63,049 bases of DNA from Octopus bimaculoides (taxonomy: Eukaryota). The stretch lies in NCBI RefSeq assembly GCF_001194135.2, contig NC_068982.1, positions 70,906,112 to 70,969,160 of the forward strand, read 5' to 3'. Below are positions 1-13,535 of this stretch, in pieces (positions within the stretch are counted from its first letter, which is position 1; each line of letters begins with the position of its first letter). The position numbers and the translations under genes were made by a program. The notes beneath the pieces were generated by a model. The model was not told the DNA's origin, made no database searches, and saw only the letters and a list, made by a program, of their open reading frames with translations.

Positions 1-76
<76 letters not shown>

Positions 77-326
77 CTACATGTATAGACAGGTAGATAG
101 ATAGATATCTTAATCTATCTATTCTATATCACTGACATCTACCTACATCTCACACTTCATATATTTCCATTGATGCCTATTCCTTCACCAATCTCAAGGT
201 TTTTCTTTACTCTTTTCTAACTTTTCCTTCCTAAAACCTCTCATCATACTCACCCCCTCCATAGCCATTTCTTTGTTATTTCTTAATCTGTTTTTTTCTT
301 ATTATTTTTCCTAACAATATAAACTC

Positions 327-404
<78 letters not shown>

Positions 405-405
405 C
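1..405. repeat. Microsatellites (AT)n(AC)n at 1-72 and (ATT)n at about 329-405, representative of dozens in the window
   Basis: Direct reading. Confidence 0.95.
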
Positions 406-568
406 ATTATTATTTTCTCTCCATTTCTCTTTCACTTTTTGCTTTTCATTGTCTTTAGATTTTTTTTTTTACTTTATCCTGCTTTATACCCCCTCCCTAC
501 ATCTTTTCTCTTCACTCTTTTCCTTCTCTCACATAATCTACTGGTCTTTATTTGTTTCTTCCCACCAC

Positions 569-600
<32 letters not shown>

Positions 601-1749
601 ACTATCAGGCATATTTCTTTCCAAATTACTTGATACTGTTTCAATTTTTGTTTTAAAGTTGAACTTCCTTATTAGCTTCTTTGTTCTTGTTGTGTAGCTT
701 CTGTAATAGTTTCACCATGTCCATTGATTGGCCATTTCATTGTCATGTGACCAAGTTATCAGGTTGTCTGCCATGAACATCTTGATAACTATTAAGTTTT
801 CTAAGGAGTATAATGTATCGATTGGTGCAATGGTGTTTCTGGAAAATTTTAATGTATTGTCCATGCATTGTTTTTGATTTTTTTGAGGTTCATTGTGTTG
901 AAGTATTGGTACTGACTCCATGGCTTGGCCAGCATATTCTTCTTCCTTTTCTTTGATGGAATTTCCTACATAATAGCAGTGTTTCTTTCATGAATTTTAG
1001 TTTCCTATTGATTGTCATAGTTGCTTTATTCTGACACCTCATCCACCCCAATCGCTCTCACCTTCTCTTCTAAAATGTGAGTTGTCATGTAGGTTCTCTA
1101 CATCAAGGAAAAATTGTCCTTTTCTGACCCCTTCTTTCATAGTTTTACCCCATTGTCCCCTAGCATAAAGCTTCCCCCTCCTCAGGGTTTGTAGTCCTGC
1201 AAGCTGCATTGTGACCTCACTGGTGTTGGTGGCATAAAGAAAGCACCCAGCACATGGTGTAAAATAGTTGGCATTAGGAAGGGCATGAAGCTGTAGAAAC
1301 CATGATAAAGCAGACAGTAGAGCACAATGCTGTTCTTGAACTTTCAGATCCTGTTAAACTGTCCCATCTAGGCCAGCATGAAACATGGATGTTAAACAAT
1401 GTTGATAAAGAAGATGATGATGATGATATATATACCCACACACATGAGAAAATTTGAGTCACCTACGGTTGCTTTTGGTGTAAGAGAAGGAGAAAAAGAG
1501 AGTTTACTAAGAAATAGAAGGGAGGGCGAAGTTTCCCTTTGAGGGGAGAGAACTGCTCTACACTTATAAGTGAACAAACTAAAGTAGGGCCTCCTGAAAT
1601 TCAAGTAACATGGAATGTGATGAAACTTATTTATGTGTGTGTGTATATGTGTGTGTGTGTGCATGATAGGCTTCTTTCAGTTTCTGTCTACCAACCCTGC
1701 TCTCAAGACTTTGGTCAGCTCAGGGCTTTAAGGTGTCAGACATGATATT

Positions 1750-2400
1750 ATCATCATCATCATTGTTTAACGTTCGCTTTCCATGCTAGCATGGGTTGAA
1801 CAATTTGACTGAGGGCTGGCGAACCAGATAGCTGCACTAGGCTCCAATCTGATCTGGCAGAGTTTCTACAGCTGGATGCCCTTCCTAACACCAACCACTC
1901 TCAGTGTGTAGTGGCTGCTTTTACGTGCTACCGGCACGAGGGCCAGTCAGGTGGTACTGGCAATGGCCACGCTCAAGTGGTGTATTTTACGTGCCACCTG
2001 CACAGGAGCCAGTGCAGCGGCACTGACAACAGCCTCACTTGAATGTTTTTTCACATGCCAATAAGGCAACGCTGGTACGAACATGTTCGAATGGTGCTTT
2101 TTACGTGCCACCGGTACGGAAGCCAGTCAGCTGCTCTGGCAGCAATCATGCTCAGATGGTGCTCTTAGCACTCCACTGGCATGGGTGCCAGTCATCGAAT
2201 TTGCGAATTTGATTTGATTTCGATTTCACTTGCCTCAACAGGTCTTCGCAAGTAGAGTTTAGTGTCCAATGAAGGAAAGGTATGCATAAATGGGCATAGG
2301 CCACGTGTTATGGTCTTACTTGGCTTGCCAGATCTTCTCACGCACAGCATATTTCCAAAGGTCTCAGTCACTAGTCATTGCCTCAGTGAGGCCTAATATT
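1750..2400 (-). mobile_element. RTE LINE 3' end (ORF terminus plus about 550 bp 3' UTR)
   Basis: Minus strand reads LGLTEAMTSD*DLWKYAVREKIWQAK*, then a 3' UTR ending in ccaacccatgctagcatggaaagcgaacgttaaac and a (GAT)n tail. Confidence 0.75.
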
Positions 2401-2776
2401 ATTTGTAACAATGGGAATGTATGAAACTCTGTGTTCAATATTCATTGCTGTATACATTGCATGTGTTCGTGTCAAGAGCTCCCAATTTGCATTAAGAATC
2501 TGCAGAAACTCAAAGCAAAGACACATTAATATACATGACAGAAATGAAGTAGAAATAGTTATCTCTACCACTTCTAGTTTATGGGGTAACATTAAGAACA
2601 ACATGCTTCACCAAACCATATCTAGATTTTTAGGGTCATATGATAACATGAAATAACAGATATAAAGTCTTAAAATCAAATATGATAAACCTGGTCATTG
2701 CATCATTATAGGTTGGTAGTAGAATTTTGAATTAATCATACCTAATACCATATCATTGTCTTCCTTTTCTGTACAG

Positions 2777-2920
2777 TTACAAACCCTTCTCAATGATATG
2801 GAACAAGAAAAAGTGGAACTACGGCGTCAGCATTCGCAGAACATTAAAAATATGCTTGACGAGACAAATACAAGGTTGGAGAAAATGGAGGAAGCATACA
2901 AAAAGCAAAACGATGGCAAT
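2777..2920 (+). CDS. CEP112: CEP112-like coiled-coil protein, internal exon A (LQTLLNDMEQEKVELRRQHSQNIKNMLDETNTRLEKMEEAYKKQNDGN)
   Basis: Acceptor ttttctgtacAG, donor GTAAGT, 144 nt, phase 0-0. NIKNMLDETNTRLEKME resembles human CEP112 NIQELLEDTNVRLNKMESEY as I recall it. Confidence 0.85.
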
Positions 2921-5365
2921 GTAAGTGGATTTTTCTGTTGACTCAGAACTTCATTCAGAGAAACACCTCCGTTGTTAATAAAGAGTGGAATTAAGATGGA
3001 ATTAATAACTTTCCAATGATTAAATATTATTGCATTTTTAGCAGTCTGTTACACACATACACAGTATTAAATTTTAATAGATCTTTGTTCAAGTATTTTT
3101 CTTTTTTAGTGCCATGCTTAAGAATGTAAATTTTCTTTGCTTAAATATTATATTCCTGTTATTTTTACATTCTACTAATAATTGTTTTGCATAATTTTTC
3201 TATTATGGATTTTTGAGAAATTGCATTGACAATTAGTAAGGTATTTATTTAACAAAATGTGATGAGATTAAGAATTTTTTAAAAATATTTTCGTGTAGCA
3301 TCAACTAATATTTCTTTTAATTCATGGTATTATTCCCCATTNNNNNNNNNNNNNNNNNNNNNNNNNNNNNNNNNNNNNNNNNNNNNNNNNNNNNNNNNNN
3401 NNNNNNNNNNNNNNNNNNNNNNNNNNNNNNNNNNNNNNNNNNNNNNNNNNNNNNNNNNNNNNNNNNNNNNNNNNNNNNNNNNNNNNNNNNNNNNNNNNNN
3501 NNNNNNNNNNNNNNNNNNNNNNNNNNNNNNNNNNNNNNNNNNNNNNNNNNNNNNNNNNNNNNNNNNNNNNNNNNNNNNNNNNNNNNNNNNNNNNNNNNNN
3601 NNNNNNNNNNNNNNNNNNNNNNNNNNNNNNNNNNNNNNNNNNNNNNNNNNNNNNNNNNNNNNNNNNNNNNNNNNNNNNNNNNNNNNNNNNNNNNNNNNNN
3701 NNNNNNNNNNNNNNNNNNNNNNNNNNNNNNNNNNNNNNNNNNNNNNNNNNNNNNNNNNNNNNNNNNNNNNNNNNNNNNNNNNNNNNNNNNNNNNNNNNNN
3801 NNNNNNNNNNNNNNNNNNNNNNNNNNNNNNNNNNNNNNNNNNNNNNNNNNNNNNNNNNNNNNNNNNNNNNNNNNNNNNNNNNNNNNNNNNNNNNNNNNNN
3901 NNNNNNNNNNNNNNNNNNNNNNNNNNNNNNGTTTTGCATAATTTTTCTATTATGGATTTTTGAGAAATTGCATTGACAATTAGTAAGGTATTTATTTAAC
4001 AAAATGTGATGAGATTAAGAATTTTTTAAAAATATTTTCGTGTAGCATCAACTAATATTTCTTTTAATTCATGGTATTATTCCCCATTCACTTCATTTAA
4101 TTGCAGCTCTGAATAGAAGAACTTCCACCCACCTATATTGTCAGCCATACAAGAAACCTTCAGGGTTCAGCTGTCCCCATGTTCTTATAATTATATGCTA
4201 TAAACTATGGGGTACATGCAGTGACTGCATGATTAACGAATTTCACTTCTCAACCATGTGGCCTTGAGTTCAATCCCACAGGGCAAGTGTCCTCTATTTC
4301 AGCTCTGGGCCGAGAAAATTCTTTGTGAGAGAATTTTCTTCAACAGAAAGTAAAAGGTGTCGTGTGTGTGTGTGCATGCATATATGTCTCCACATAAATG
4401 TCTACAACCTACATTGAGCTGTGGCTACCGATGGTGACAATCACTACTTGCAGCTCAGGTTCAAGCAGTGATGTCACCATTTGTGACAGGAGTGCAACCA
4501 GGAACATTGTTAACATTTTCTTTCAACAAATCATCTTCTAGCTCTGCACTTTAGAATTCTTCTGGAATCAAATAATCTTTTACTTGAAAAAACATGTAAG
4601 GTTGGCAACTGAAAAAGCATCCAGCTATAAAAAAAACATCCTGCTGTAATTAGCCCTAGTCTAAACAAGGCTAGCAGAGAAAAACTTATCCAAACTCCAT
4701 CTATCTTTCTTATTCTTCACCATTATGATAATAATGTTTTTTTACTCTCTCTTCTCTCCCAGAATACTTATCCAACAACACCAGTAATTATGTCATCTCT
4801 CTCTCCAACAAAACTTTCTACCTGAATCACTACACTTTTTCTCTTCCTCCTCACAGCATAAAATTTATTCATCTGTTTTGAACCTTCTGCTTTGAATTTC
4901 AGTTTATATTCAATGGAAAATGTTAAAAGACTTGATAAATTGATTGAGGACTAATTATTTTTGGAAACATCCAGCATTGTCTAGTGTTGTAGCACTTCCT
5001 ATTGAAATTCGTTAATATATATTTAGATATTTTGTTTAACGTAGTTTATATTCATGCGCACACACATGCATGTGCATGCAAATACACATGGCAGCAGAGA
5101 CACAAGCACATATGTGCACATGCACTCACACATGCAAACACACAGATTTTCCAGTACTTTAGTAAGAAAGTAGATTAGAAGGTAAACTCCCAACAAAATG
5201 AGTCCGTAATCTAGTTCTCATTTCTAATTATGGTTTTTACATTTAGACTTTAAAAGTACTAACATTGCAGCTGGCATTTCTTCTTACCTAAAGTCAATAC
5301 AACAAATGCCTTATTGCAAAATATTATTTTATTCATTTTTTTCTTTCATTCTTTTGTTTGTTTCG

Positions 5366-6217
5366 AGTCGAGCGTGGCCGTTTTCGTGTGGGTGACACGT
5401 AAAAGCACCCACTACACTCTCTGAGTGGTTGGCGTTAGGAAGGGCATCCAGCTGTAGAAACTCTGCCAAATTAGATTGGAGCCTGGTGTTGCCATCCGGT
5501 TTCACCAGTCCTCAGTCAAATCGTCCAACCCATGCTAGCATGGAAAGCGGACGTTAAACGATGATGATGATGATGATGATGCTAACCNNNNNNNNNNNNN
5601 NNNNNNNNNNNNNNNNNNNNNNNNNNNNNNNNNNNNNNNNNNNNNNNNNNNNNNNNNNNNNNNNNNNNNNNNNNNNNNNNNNNNNNNNNNNNNNNNNNNN
5701 NNNNNNNNNNNNNNNNNNNNNNNNNNNNNNNNNNNNNNNNNNNNNNNNNNNNNNNNNNNNNNNNNNNNNNNNNNNNNNNNNNNNNNNNNNNNNNNNNNNN
5801 NNNNNNNNNNNNNNNNNNNNNNNNNNNNNNNNNNNNNNNNNNNNNNNNNNNNNNNNNNNNNNNNNNNNNNNNNNNNNNNNNNNNNNNNNNNNNNNNNNNN
5901 NNNNNNNNNNNNNNNNNNNNNNNNNNNNNNNNNNNNNNNNNNNNNNNNNNNNNNNNNNNNNNNNNNNNNNNNNNNNNNNNNNNNNNNNNNNNNNNNAGTC
6001 GAGCGTGGCCGTTTTCGTGTGGGTGACACGTAAAAGCACCCACTACACTCTCTGAGTGGTTGGCGTTAGGAAGGGCATCCAGCTGTAGAAACTCTGCCAA
6101 ATTAGATTGGAGCCTGGTGTTGCCATCCGGTTTCACCAGTCCTCAGTCAAATCGTCCAACCCATGCTAGCATGGAAAGCGGACGTTAAACGATGATGATG
6201 ATGATGATGATGCTAAC
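5366..6217 (+). mobile_element. RTE 3' UTR/tail fragment, present twice across an N-gap
   Basis: 5366-5587 is repeated exactly at 5997-6218. Both end in (GAT)n. Confidence 0.75.
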
Positions 6218-6272
6218 CTGGCAACATCACTAATGTTGGTGCCACATAAAAAGCACTCAGTACACTCTGTAA

Positions 6273-6598
6273 GTGGAGGCACATGATTTAGTGGTTAGGG
6301 TATTCAACTCACGATCTCAAGGTCATGAGTTTTATTCCCGGCAATGTGTTTTGTCCTTGAGCAAGACACTTTATTTCATATTTCTCCAGTTCACTCGGCT
6401 GGCAAAAATTAGTATTACCTGTATTTCACAGGGCCAGCCTTGTCACACTCTGTGTCATGCTGTATCATCCCTAAGAATTATATTAAGGGTACATATGTCT
6501 GTGGAGTGCTCAGCCACTTGCACATTAATTTCATAAGTATGCTGTTCTGTTGATCAGCTAAACTGGAACCCTTGTCGTTGTAACCAATGGAGTGCCAG
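6273..6598 (+). mobile_element. tRNA-derived SINE sharing the family A 3' half but with a different middle
   Basis: tRNA-like head, gtccttgagcaagacactt core, then cagggccagccttgtcac...ggagtgcca as in family A. Confidence 0.7.
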
Positions 6599-7838
6599 TT
6601 TTTTTTTGTTTTTTTTACACTCTGTAAAGTGGTTATCATTAGAAAGGGCAAAATCCAAGGAAACCATGCCAAAGCAGAATCTAAAAGCTTGGTACAGTCC
6701 TCTGGCACATCAGATCCTGTCAAACCGTCAAACACATGCCAGCATAGAAAACAGATGTTAAATGATGATGACAACGACAACATGGGTAAGAGAAATACAT
6801 ATTGTTGTTTTACAGCTAGATGCCATTTCTGTTGCTAACCCTTAGCTGTTTTTTCAAGTATGGGAGTGTTCATTCCTCTCATCTTTGGAAGTATAAACTT
6901 ACCAGATGGTTTGTTGATAGGGGAAGTACAAGAGACATCATCATCTGTAACTCAGACATTCCCCATGCAATCACAGAATCTAAATATTCATATACACATG
7001 CACACATATAAGTGATCATAGATACATACATACATCACTTATGTGTATAATATATATGTGTATATGTATGTATGCATATATATATATGTATATGTAAATA
7101 TGTCTGTATATATATATATACATATATATATATGTACATGTATATATGTATGTGTGTGTATATATATATATATGTGTGTGTGTTGTGTGATTATATATAT
7201 ATATATATTTATATCATCATCATCATGTTTTAATGTACTCTTTCCATGTTGGCATGGGTTGGATGGTTTGACTAAGGACTGGTATGCCAAGAGGCTACAC
7301 CAGACTCCAATCTGAGCTGCTAAGATTTCTACAGCTGAATGCCCTTCCTAATGCCAACCACTCTGAAAGTGTAGCGGGTGCTTTTTATGTGTCACCAGCA
7401 TAGGAGCTAGTCAGCACTGGCATCGACCACACTCGAATGGTGCATTTTGCATGCCACCGGCATGGGTGCTAGTGAGGCAGCACTGGCATCTGCACTGTGT
7501 ATGTATATATATATATATATATATATATGTCTTTTAATGTCCACTTTCCATGCTGGCATGGGTTGGACGGTTTTTTTAATTGAATGCATGTATGTATTTA
7601 TATATGTGATGGGCTTTGTACCATTTCCGTCTATCAGAGCCGCTCACAAGGCATTAGTCATCCTGGGGCTATATGGTAGAGGATACTTTCCCAATGTGCT
7701 ACATAGTGGGACAGAACCCAAAATCACATGATTACAAAAACTTCTTAACCATTGATTATGAAAGTTCAAACAATTGTCTCTATTCATCACACATGAATTG
7801 AATAAAATATTGATTGATTGATTGATTTTATTCAACAG

Positions 7839-7993
7839 ATAAATATGATCAAAGATCTGGAGGGTAGAGTTCAAGAACTTGTTCTTGAAGCAGACTCAAT
7901 TTCTAAGAAGCGAAATGTTTTGGAAACGGAAAATGAAGAACTACAAACATCCATTGACAACCAAAAGGAAGAAATACACTCATTAAAACAAAG
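7839..7993 (+). CDS. CEP112: CEP112-like exon B (INMIKDLEGRVQELVLEADSISKKRNVLETENEELQTSIDNQKEEIHSLKQ)
   Basis: ttcaacAG / GTAATT, 155 nt, phase 0-2. MIKDLEGRVQEL parallels human HMIKELEARVQQL and directly continues exon A. Confidence 0.85.
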
Positions 7994-8141
7994 GTAATTA
8001 ATCTATTTTAATTAGTGTATAGGAATTAACTGAAACTGACACATGAACAGAGAAACTAATAAAATTCTTTATCTGCTTTCTAGAAGCATTATTATAATTA
8101 TTAATATTATTATTATTATTGTTATTATTCTTATTATTATT

Positions 8142-8354
8142 AAGGTGGCGAGTTGGCAGAATCATTAGCACGCTGGACGAAATGCTTAGCAGTATTTCAC
8201 CCATCGCAACGTTCTGAGTTCAAATTCCGTCAAGGTCAACTTTGCCTTTCATCCTTTCGGTGTTGATAAATTAAGTACCAGTGAAATGTTGGGGTCAATG
8301 TCATCGACTCATCCCCTCCCCCAAAATGGCTGCCCTTGTGACAAACTTTGAAAC

Positions 8355-8402
<48 letters not shown>

Positions 8403-8625
8403 CATTATTGGGCTTTGGTATGGTGCTGCAGTTCCATTTTAAGGTGGTAAGCTGGCAGAGTTATTAGCATGCCAGACAAAATGTTTAGCAGCATTTTGTC
8501 TGTTTTTACATTCTGAGTTCAAATTCCATCAAGGTCAACTTTGCCTTTTATCTACCAGGGTCAATGTCATCAGCTTTTTCCCTCCTTGAAATTGCTGGCT
8601 TTGTGCCTTTAGTAGAAAGGATTAA
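8142..8625 (+). mobile_element. Two older SINE family C copies embedded in (ATT)n/(AAT)n tracts
   Basis: aaggtggcgagttggcag at 8142 and aaggtggtaagctggcag at 8441. Confidence 0.75.
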
Positions 8626-8629
8626 TATT

Positions 8630-8674
<45 letters not shown>

Positions 8675-9089
8675 GCATCGACAAATACCTTAGGAATGAG
8701 AACCCAGGTTCGAAATTTCCCCAAGACACCTTATGAAGGCTGGAGGGTATATCAGCTGAAACATTGTGTTAACAACAAGCAAGATGAGGACAAATATCTG
8801 TCAAATGTAAATAATGTACATAATTCCTCATCTCCTAAATATAGAACTGTAATATTTTAAGAGTAGTCTGGTTCCTTATATTCTGATTTCACATTTCAAC
8901 AAGGTTAATTTTGCCATTCATAAAAGAAAGTACCAAAGTAGGGTTCATTTAATCAACCAGCCCCTTCCTCCAAAACTGATAGCTTTGTGTCTAAATGAGT
9001 AGTAATTATTGTTTTAAGAGTGGTGTAGAAAATCATTAAAAGCAGCAGACAATATGCCTTGTGTTATTTCTTCTGGCTCCTTACGTTCT

Positions 9090-9322
9090 TATTTCTTTAC
9101 TGCCCACAAGAGGCTACACACAGAGGGGACAAACAAGGACAGACAAACAGATTAAGTTGATTATATCAACCCCAGTGCATAACTGGTACTTATTTAATCG
9201 ACCCCGAAAGGATAATAGGCAAAGTCGACCTCGGTAGAATTTGAACTCAGAACGTAGCGGCAGACGAAATACTGCTAAGCATTTCGCCCGGCGCGCTAAT
9301 GTTTCTGCCAGCTCGCCGCCTT
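9090..9322 (-). mobile_element. SINE family C, young full-length copy with TSD
   Basis: aaggcggcgagctggcag...gttctgagttcaaat...aaagaaataag on the minus strand. Flanks tggctccttacgttct (9074-9089) and tggctccttatgtttt (9323-9338). Confidence 0.85.
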
Positions 9323-10754
9323 TGGCTCCTTATGTTTTGAGTTCAAATCTTACTGAAGTCACCGTTGACTTCCATTCCTTTGGAGCCTAGTAAAATGAAG
9401 TACCAGTCAAGTACCAGGTTTCATTTCATCAACTATCCCCTTCCCTACAAAAAATTTCCAGTCTTGTGCCTATGTTAGAGATAAATAGTAATAATAATAA
9501 TAATAATAATAATGATAACAATGATGATGATGATGATGATGATAGAGCTTTCTAGCTCTTCCTGATCAATTCCACCTTCTCTTCAAAAATATGAGTTACG
9601 TAACTCCTCTACATCCTGGAGACCTTTTCTGCTCTTGCCTTTTCTGTCATTCTTTAACCCTTCATTCCCTAGCATAAAATTGCCCTCCTATAGTCTTACA
9701 GGCTGCACGGCAACCTCACAAGTGCTGGTGGCACAAAAATAACACCCAGTACATTCCTTAAATTGATTGACATGAGAGGGGCATCTATCTGTAGAAACCA
9801 TGCCAAAGCCAACACTGGAGTATGATTCAGTCCTTAGACTGTTGGGTCCTTAGCATTAAATGATTATAATGATGGTGTTTCACTATATTATGAGTTCAAA
9901 TTCTACCAAGGCCTGCTTTGTTTTATAGCACTATGGTCACAAAAGCTGATGCTGATTCAGTTACAGCTCTACTATCTTATGCCAAAGTTAGTAAAAATAA
10001 AGTTCTTTCCCAAATCATATAAACTCATGAGGGCTGATTTCCTGGTTTCCATGACGTATATATTCCCCCACCTGGACAGGGTGCTGATCCACTGCAGCAT
10101 TACTCATTTTTGCCAGCTGAGTGAACTGGTGCAACATGAAATGAAGCGTTTTGCTCAAGAACACAACACACCACCCAGTCCAGGAATCAAAGCCACAACC
10201 TTACAATCATGAGGCCAACACCCTAATACCTCCATGCCAAAGCTAGAAATCATCATTATTATTTCGAAGATGTATAATTACAGCATGGATGACACAGGGT
10301 GATGCTAAAATGGGCAAACATTTAAACATTATTTGCGGTCAAAATTTTCATCACACCAACTGTGACCTGGTCACTGATATGATTCCACTACAAGTAGTTT
10401 GAGATGAGGTTGTGGGTCAGTATATCTATATCTATATATATATATATATATATATATNNNNNNNNNNNNNNNNNNNNNNNNNNNNNNNNNNNNNNNNNNN
10501 NNNNNNNNNNNNNNNNNNNNNNNNNNNNNNNNNNNNNNNNNNNNNNNNNNNNNNNNNTCATCATCGTTTAACATCCATTTTCCATGCTAGCATAGGTTGG
10601 ACGATTTGACTGAGGACTGGTGAACCAGATGGCTACACCAGGCTCCAATCTGATCTGGCAGAGTTTCTACAACTGGATGCCCTTCCTACCGCCATATATA
10701 TATATATATATAGGTTTCAGGGTTATAAATATAATTTCATCTATATACATAGAC

Positions 10755-11145
10755 ACAGGCATGGCTGTATGGTAAGAAGTTTGCTTCCCAACCACATGGT
10801 TCAGGGTTCAGGCCCGCTGAATGGCACCTTGAGTAAGTGTCTTCCATTATAGACTTGGGCCAACCAAAACCTTGTGAGTGAATTTGGTAGACAGAAACTG
10901 AAAGAAGTGTGTTGTATATGTGTGTGTGTGTCTGTGTTTGTCCCCACCACTGCTTGGCAACCAGTGTTGGTTTGTTTATGTCCCCGTAACTCAATGGTTC
11001 AGCAAAAGGGGACCAATAAAATAAGTAGCAAGCTTAAAAAAAAAATGATAATAAGTACCGGGGTCAATTCATTTAACTAAAACTTTTCCAAGGTTGTACC
11101 CCAGCATGGCCTGTAGTCTAATGACTGAAGCAGATAAAAGATAAA
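10755..11145 (+). mobile_element. SINE family B copy
   Basis: Colinear similarity to 58438-58842. Confidence 0.75.
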
Positions 11146-11289
11146 TGATAAATGTTTAAATGAAGTTAAACAGTCTCCATGTGTTTTTGAGTGGGGCTAA
11201 TATGTGCCTTCCTTCCATGCTTTGATTGTTATTATTGTTATTTACAGTTATTATTCTTGCTTTGATTGTCATTAAATGAAATATTTCAG

Positions 11290-11419
11290 TGAATCCAATC
11301 TATCAGAAAAACTCAATGATTTGCAACAACAACACAGTAAAAAGGTTTCAGACATGGAAGAACAGTTCAGAACAACACATGCAAACACGGAAAAAAAACA
11401 CAAAGAACTTAATAGCAAG
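11290..11419 (+). CDS. CEP112: CEP112-like exon C (ESNLSEKLNDLQQQHSKKVSDMEEQFRTTHANTEKKHKELNSK)
   Basis: atttcAG / GTAAAT, 130 nt. Phase 2-0 joins exon B in frame (ag+t = Ser). Heptad-like composition. Confidence 0.8.
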
Positions 11420-11429
11420 GTAAATAACA

Positions 11430-11640
11430 GCTGTAGTTATTCCTGCTGTATATTGTGGCTACACAGTGATTGTACAGTGTTGTATTGTAGTTATACTGTG
11501 GTTATGCAAGGGTTACACAGTGGTCACATGCTAGTTATACAATGGTTATACTTTGGTTATGCAGTGGTTGTATTGTGGTTATATGGTGGTTGTACTGTGG
11601 ATGTGTTGTCATTATACTGTGGTGGTTATACAATGGTAGT
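11430..11640 (+). repeat. Degenerate GT-rich minisatellite (gttatactgtg / ggttatacaat units)
   Basis: Direct reading. Starts about 10 nt after the exon C donor and is cut by SINE A at 11641. Confidence 0.85.
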
Positions 11641-12029
11641 GGAGGCGCAATGGCCCAGTGGTTAGGGCAGTGGACTCGCGGTCATAGGATCGCGGTTTCG
11701 ATTCCCAGACCGGGCATTGTGAGTGTTTATTGAGCGAAAATACCTAAAGCTCCATGAGGCTCCGGCAGGGGATGGTGGCAAATCCTGCTGTACTCTTCCA
11801 CCACAACTTTCTCTCACTCTTTCTTCCTGTTTCTGTTGTACCTGTAATTCAAAGGGTCAGCCTTGTCACACTGTGTCACGCTGAATATCCCTGAGAACTA
11901 CGTTAAGGGTACACGTGTCTGTGGAGTGCTCAGCCACTTGCACATTAATTTCACAAGCAGGCTGTTCCATTGATCGGATCGACTGGAACCCTCGACGTCG
12001 TAAGCGATGGAGTGCCAACAACAACAACA
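11641..12029 (+). mobile_element. tRNA-derived SINE family A (tRNA-Arg-like head, (CAA)n tail)
   Basis: Head ggaggcgcaatggcccagtggttagg (A box)...ggtttcgattccc (B box), a non-tRNA body, and a ggagtgccaacaacaac tail. Confidence 0.85.
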
Positions 12030-13142
12030 TTTTCAAGATTAATTGAAACAAAGGCAGTATTTTTCAACAGAAATATGGTAACAAAAGGGTTAAAGTGATC
12101 TAAATTAAAATCTTCCATCAAAGTTTCCTCTTCATTTATGTTCCAAACACCAGCTTAATAGTAACAAAATTATTCTACTAAATTCTTCAAAATCAAGTGA
12201 AACAAAGGCAAAATATTTCAAAAGTAATATAACAGAAGGGTTAATTAACAGTATTTGCTACTAATTATATATATATCTCATAAAGATTACAGTGCCATGA
12301 GCATTATTTCAACTTTGTCTAAGAAAAACCATTAAATCATTGCTATGATACTGTTAATAGTCCTTCATTGTCTTTTACTTGTTTCAGTCATTGGACTGTG
12401 GCCAGGCTGGGGCACCACTTTGAGGGGTTTAGTAGAACTAATTAATCCCTATACTTATTATTTTTTTTTTTAAAGTCTCATACTTATTTTATCAGTCTCT
12501 TTCATTGAATCACTATGTTAGAGAGACCAAACAAACCAATGCCAGCTGTCGAGTGGTGAGGAAAAAACACAAAGAACACACACACACACACACATGCATT
12601 TGCACATGTGTGCATACAGGAGCCCCCATCAGTCAATGTTGATCATGCATCAGCACAAGTATGCAAAACCCTAAGGACGATATTTTTAAATGAATGCAAG
12701 TCTCTTCCCTCCGTGCCTTCAATGTTTATATCGAAAGGGATGGCCACCAACTTAGACCAATACAACTTGGCACCTATACTAGTTTCAAATTTTGGCACAA
12801 GGCCAGTAATTTCGGGGCAAGGGCCATGTCAATTACATCAACCCCCAACACTCAACTGAGACATTGCTGTCAGGGTACAAAGAGCTAGAATATTTTGCAT
12901 GAGTCTCTGATGGTTCCACAATCTGCTGCTCTGGATTGGTACTTTCTCATCAGCCTTAACCTTTTAGCATTTAAGCCGGTCATATCCGGTCGAAATATTC
13001 TCACTGTTTTATGTTCAAACTGGCCAGATCTGGCTTCTCACGCTTATCCTGTGGTGTCATCCTAAAAATAATCAGTCATGTCATGAAAATCTCTAAGCTA
13101 CAAAAATAACGCATGATTAATTCAAAACAACATGAATAAACG

Positions 13143-13535
13143 AGCAGGCTGTGTGGTAAGTAGCTTACTTCCCAACCACATAGTTGTGGGTTCAGTCCCA
13201 CTGCGTGACACCTTGAGCAAGTGTCTTCTACTATAGCCTCAGGCCGATCAAATCCTTGTGAGTGGATTTTGTAGATGGAAACTGAAAGAAGCCTGTCTTA
13301 TATATATGTGTGTTTGTGTGTGTGTGTGTGCGTGTTTGTGTCTGCCACCCCAACATCACTTGACAACCGATGCTGGTGTGTTTACATCTCTGTAACTTAG
13401 CAGTTCGGCAAAATAGACCGATAGAACAAGTACTAGGCTTACAAAGAATAAGTCCTGGGGTCGATTTGCTCGATTAAATGCAGTGCTCTAGCATGGCCAC
13501 AGTCAAATGACAGAAACAAATAAAAGAATAAAATA
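13143..13535 (+). mobile_element. SINE family B copy truncating a MITE at 12957-13140
   Basis: Colinear similarity to 58438-58842. Confidence 0.8.

Noticed and set aside
600-970. Minus-strand purine-rich stretch with a 69-aa ORF (712-921)
   Set aside because: It may be a decayed LINE or exon, but no frame gives a motif I can identify with confidence.
11641-11715. tRNA-Arg-like sequence with A and B boxes (also at 24830, 29030, 44080)
   Set aside because: It continues into a shared SINE body and tail, has a TSD in one copy, and lacks a proper acceptor stem. These are SINE heads, not tRNA genes.
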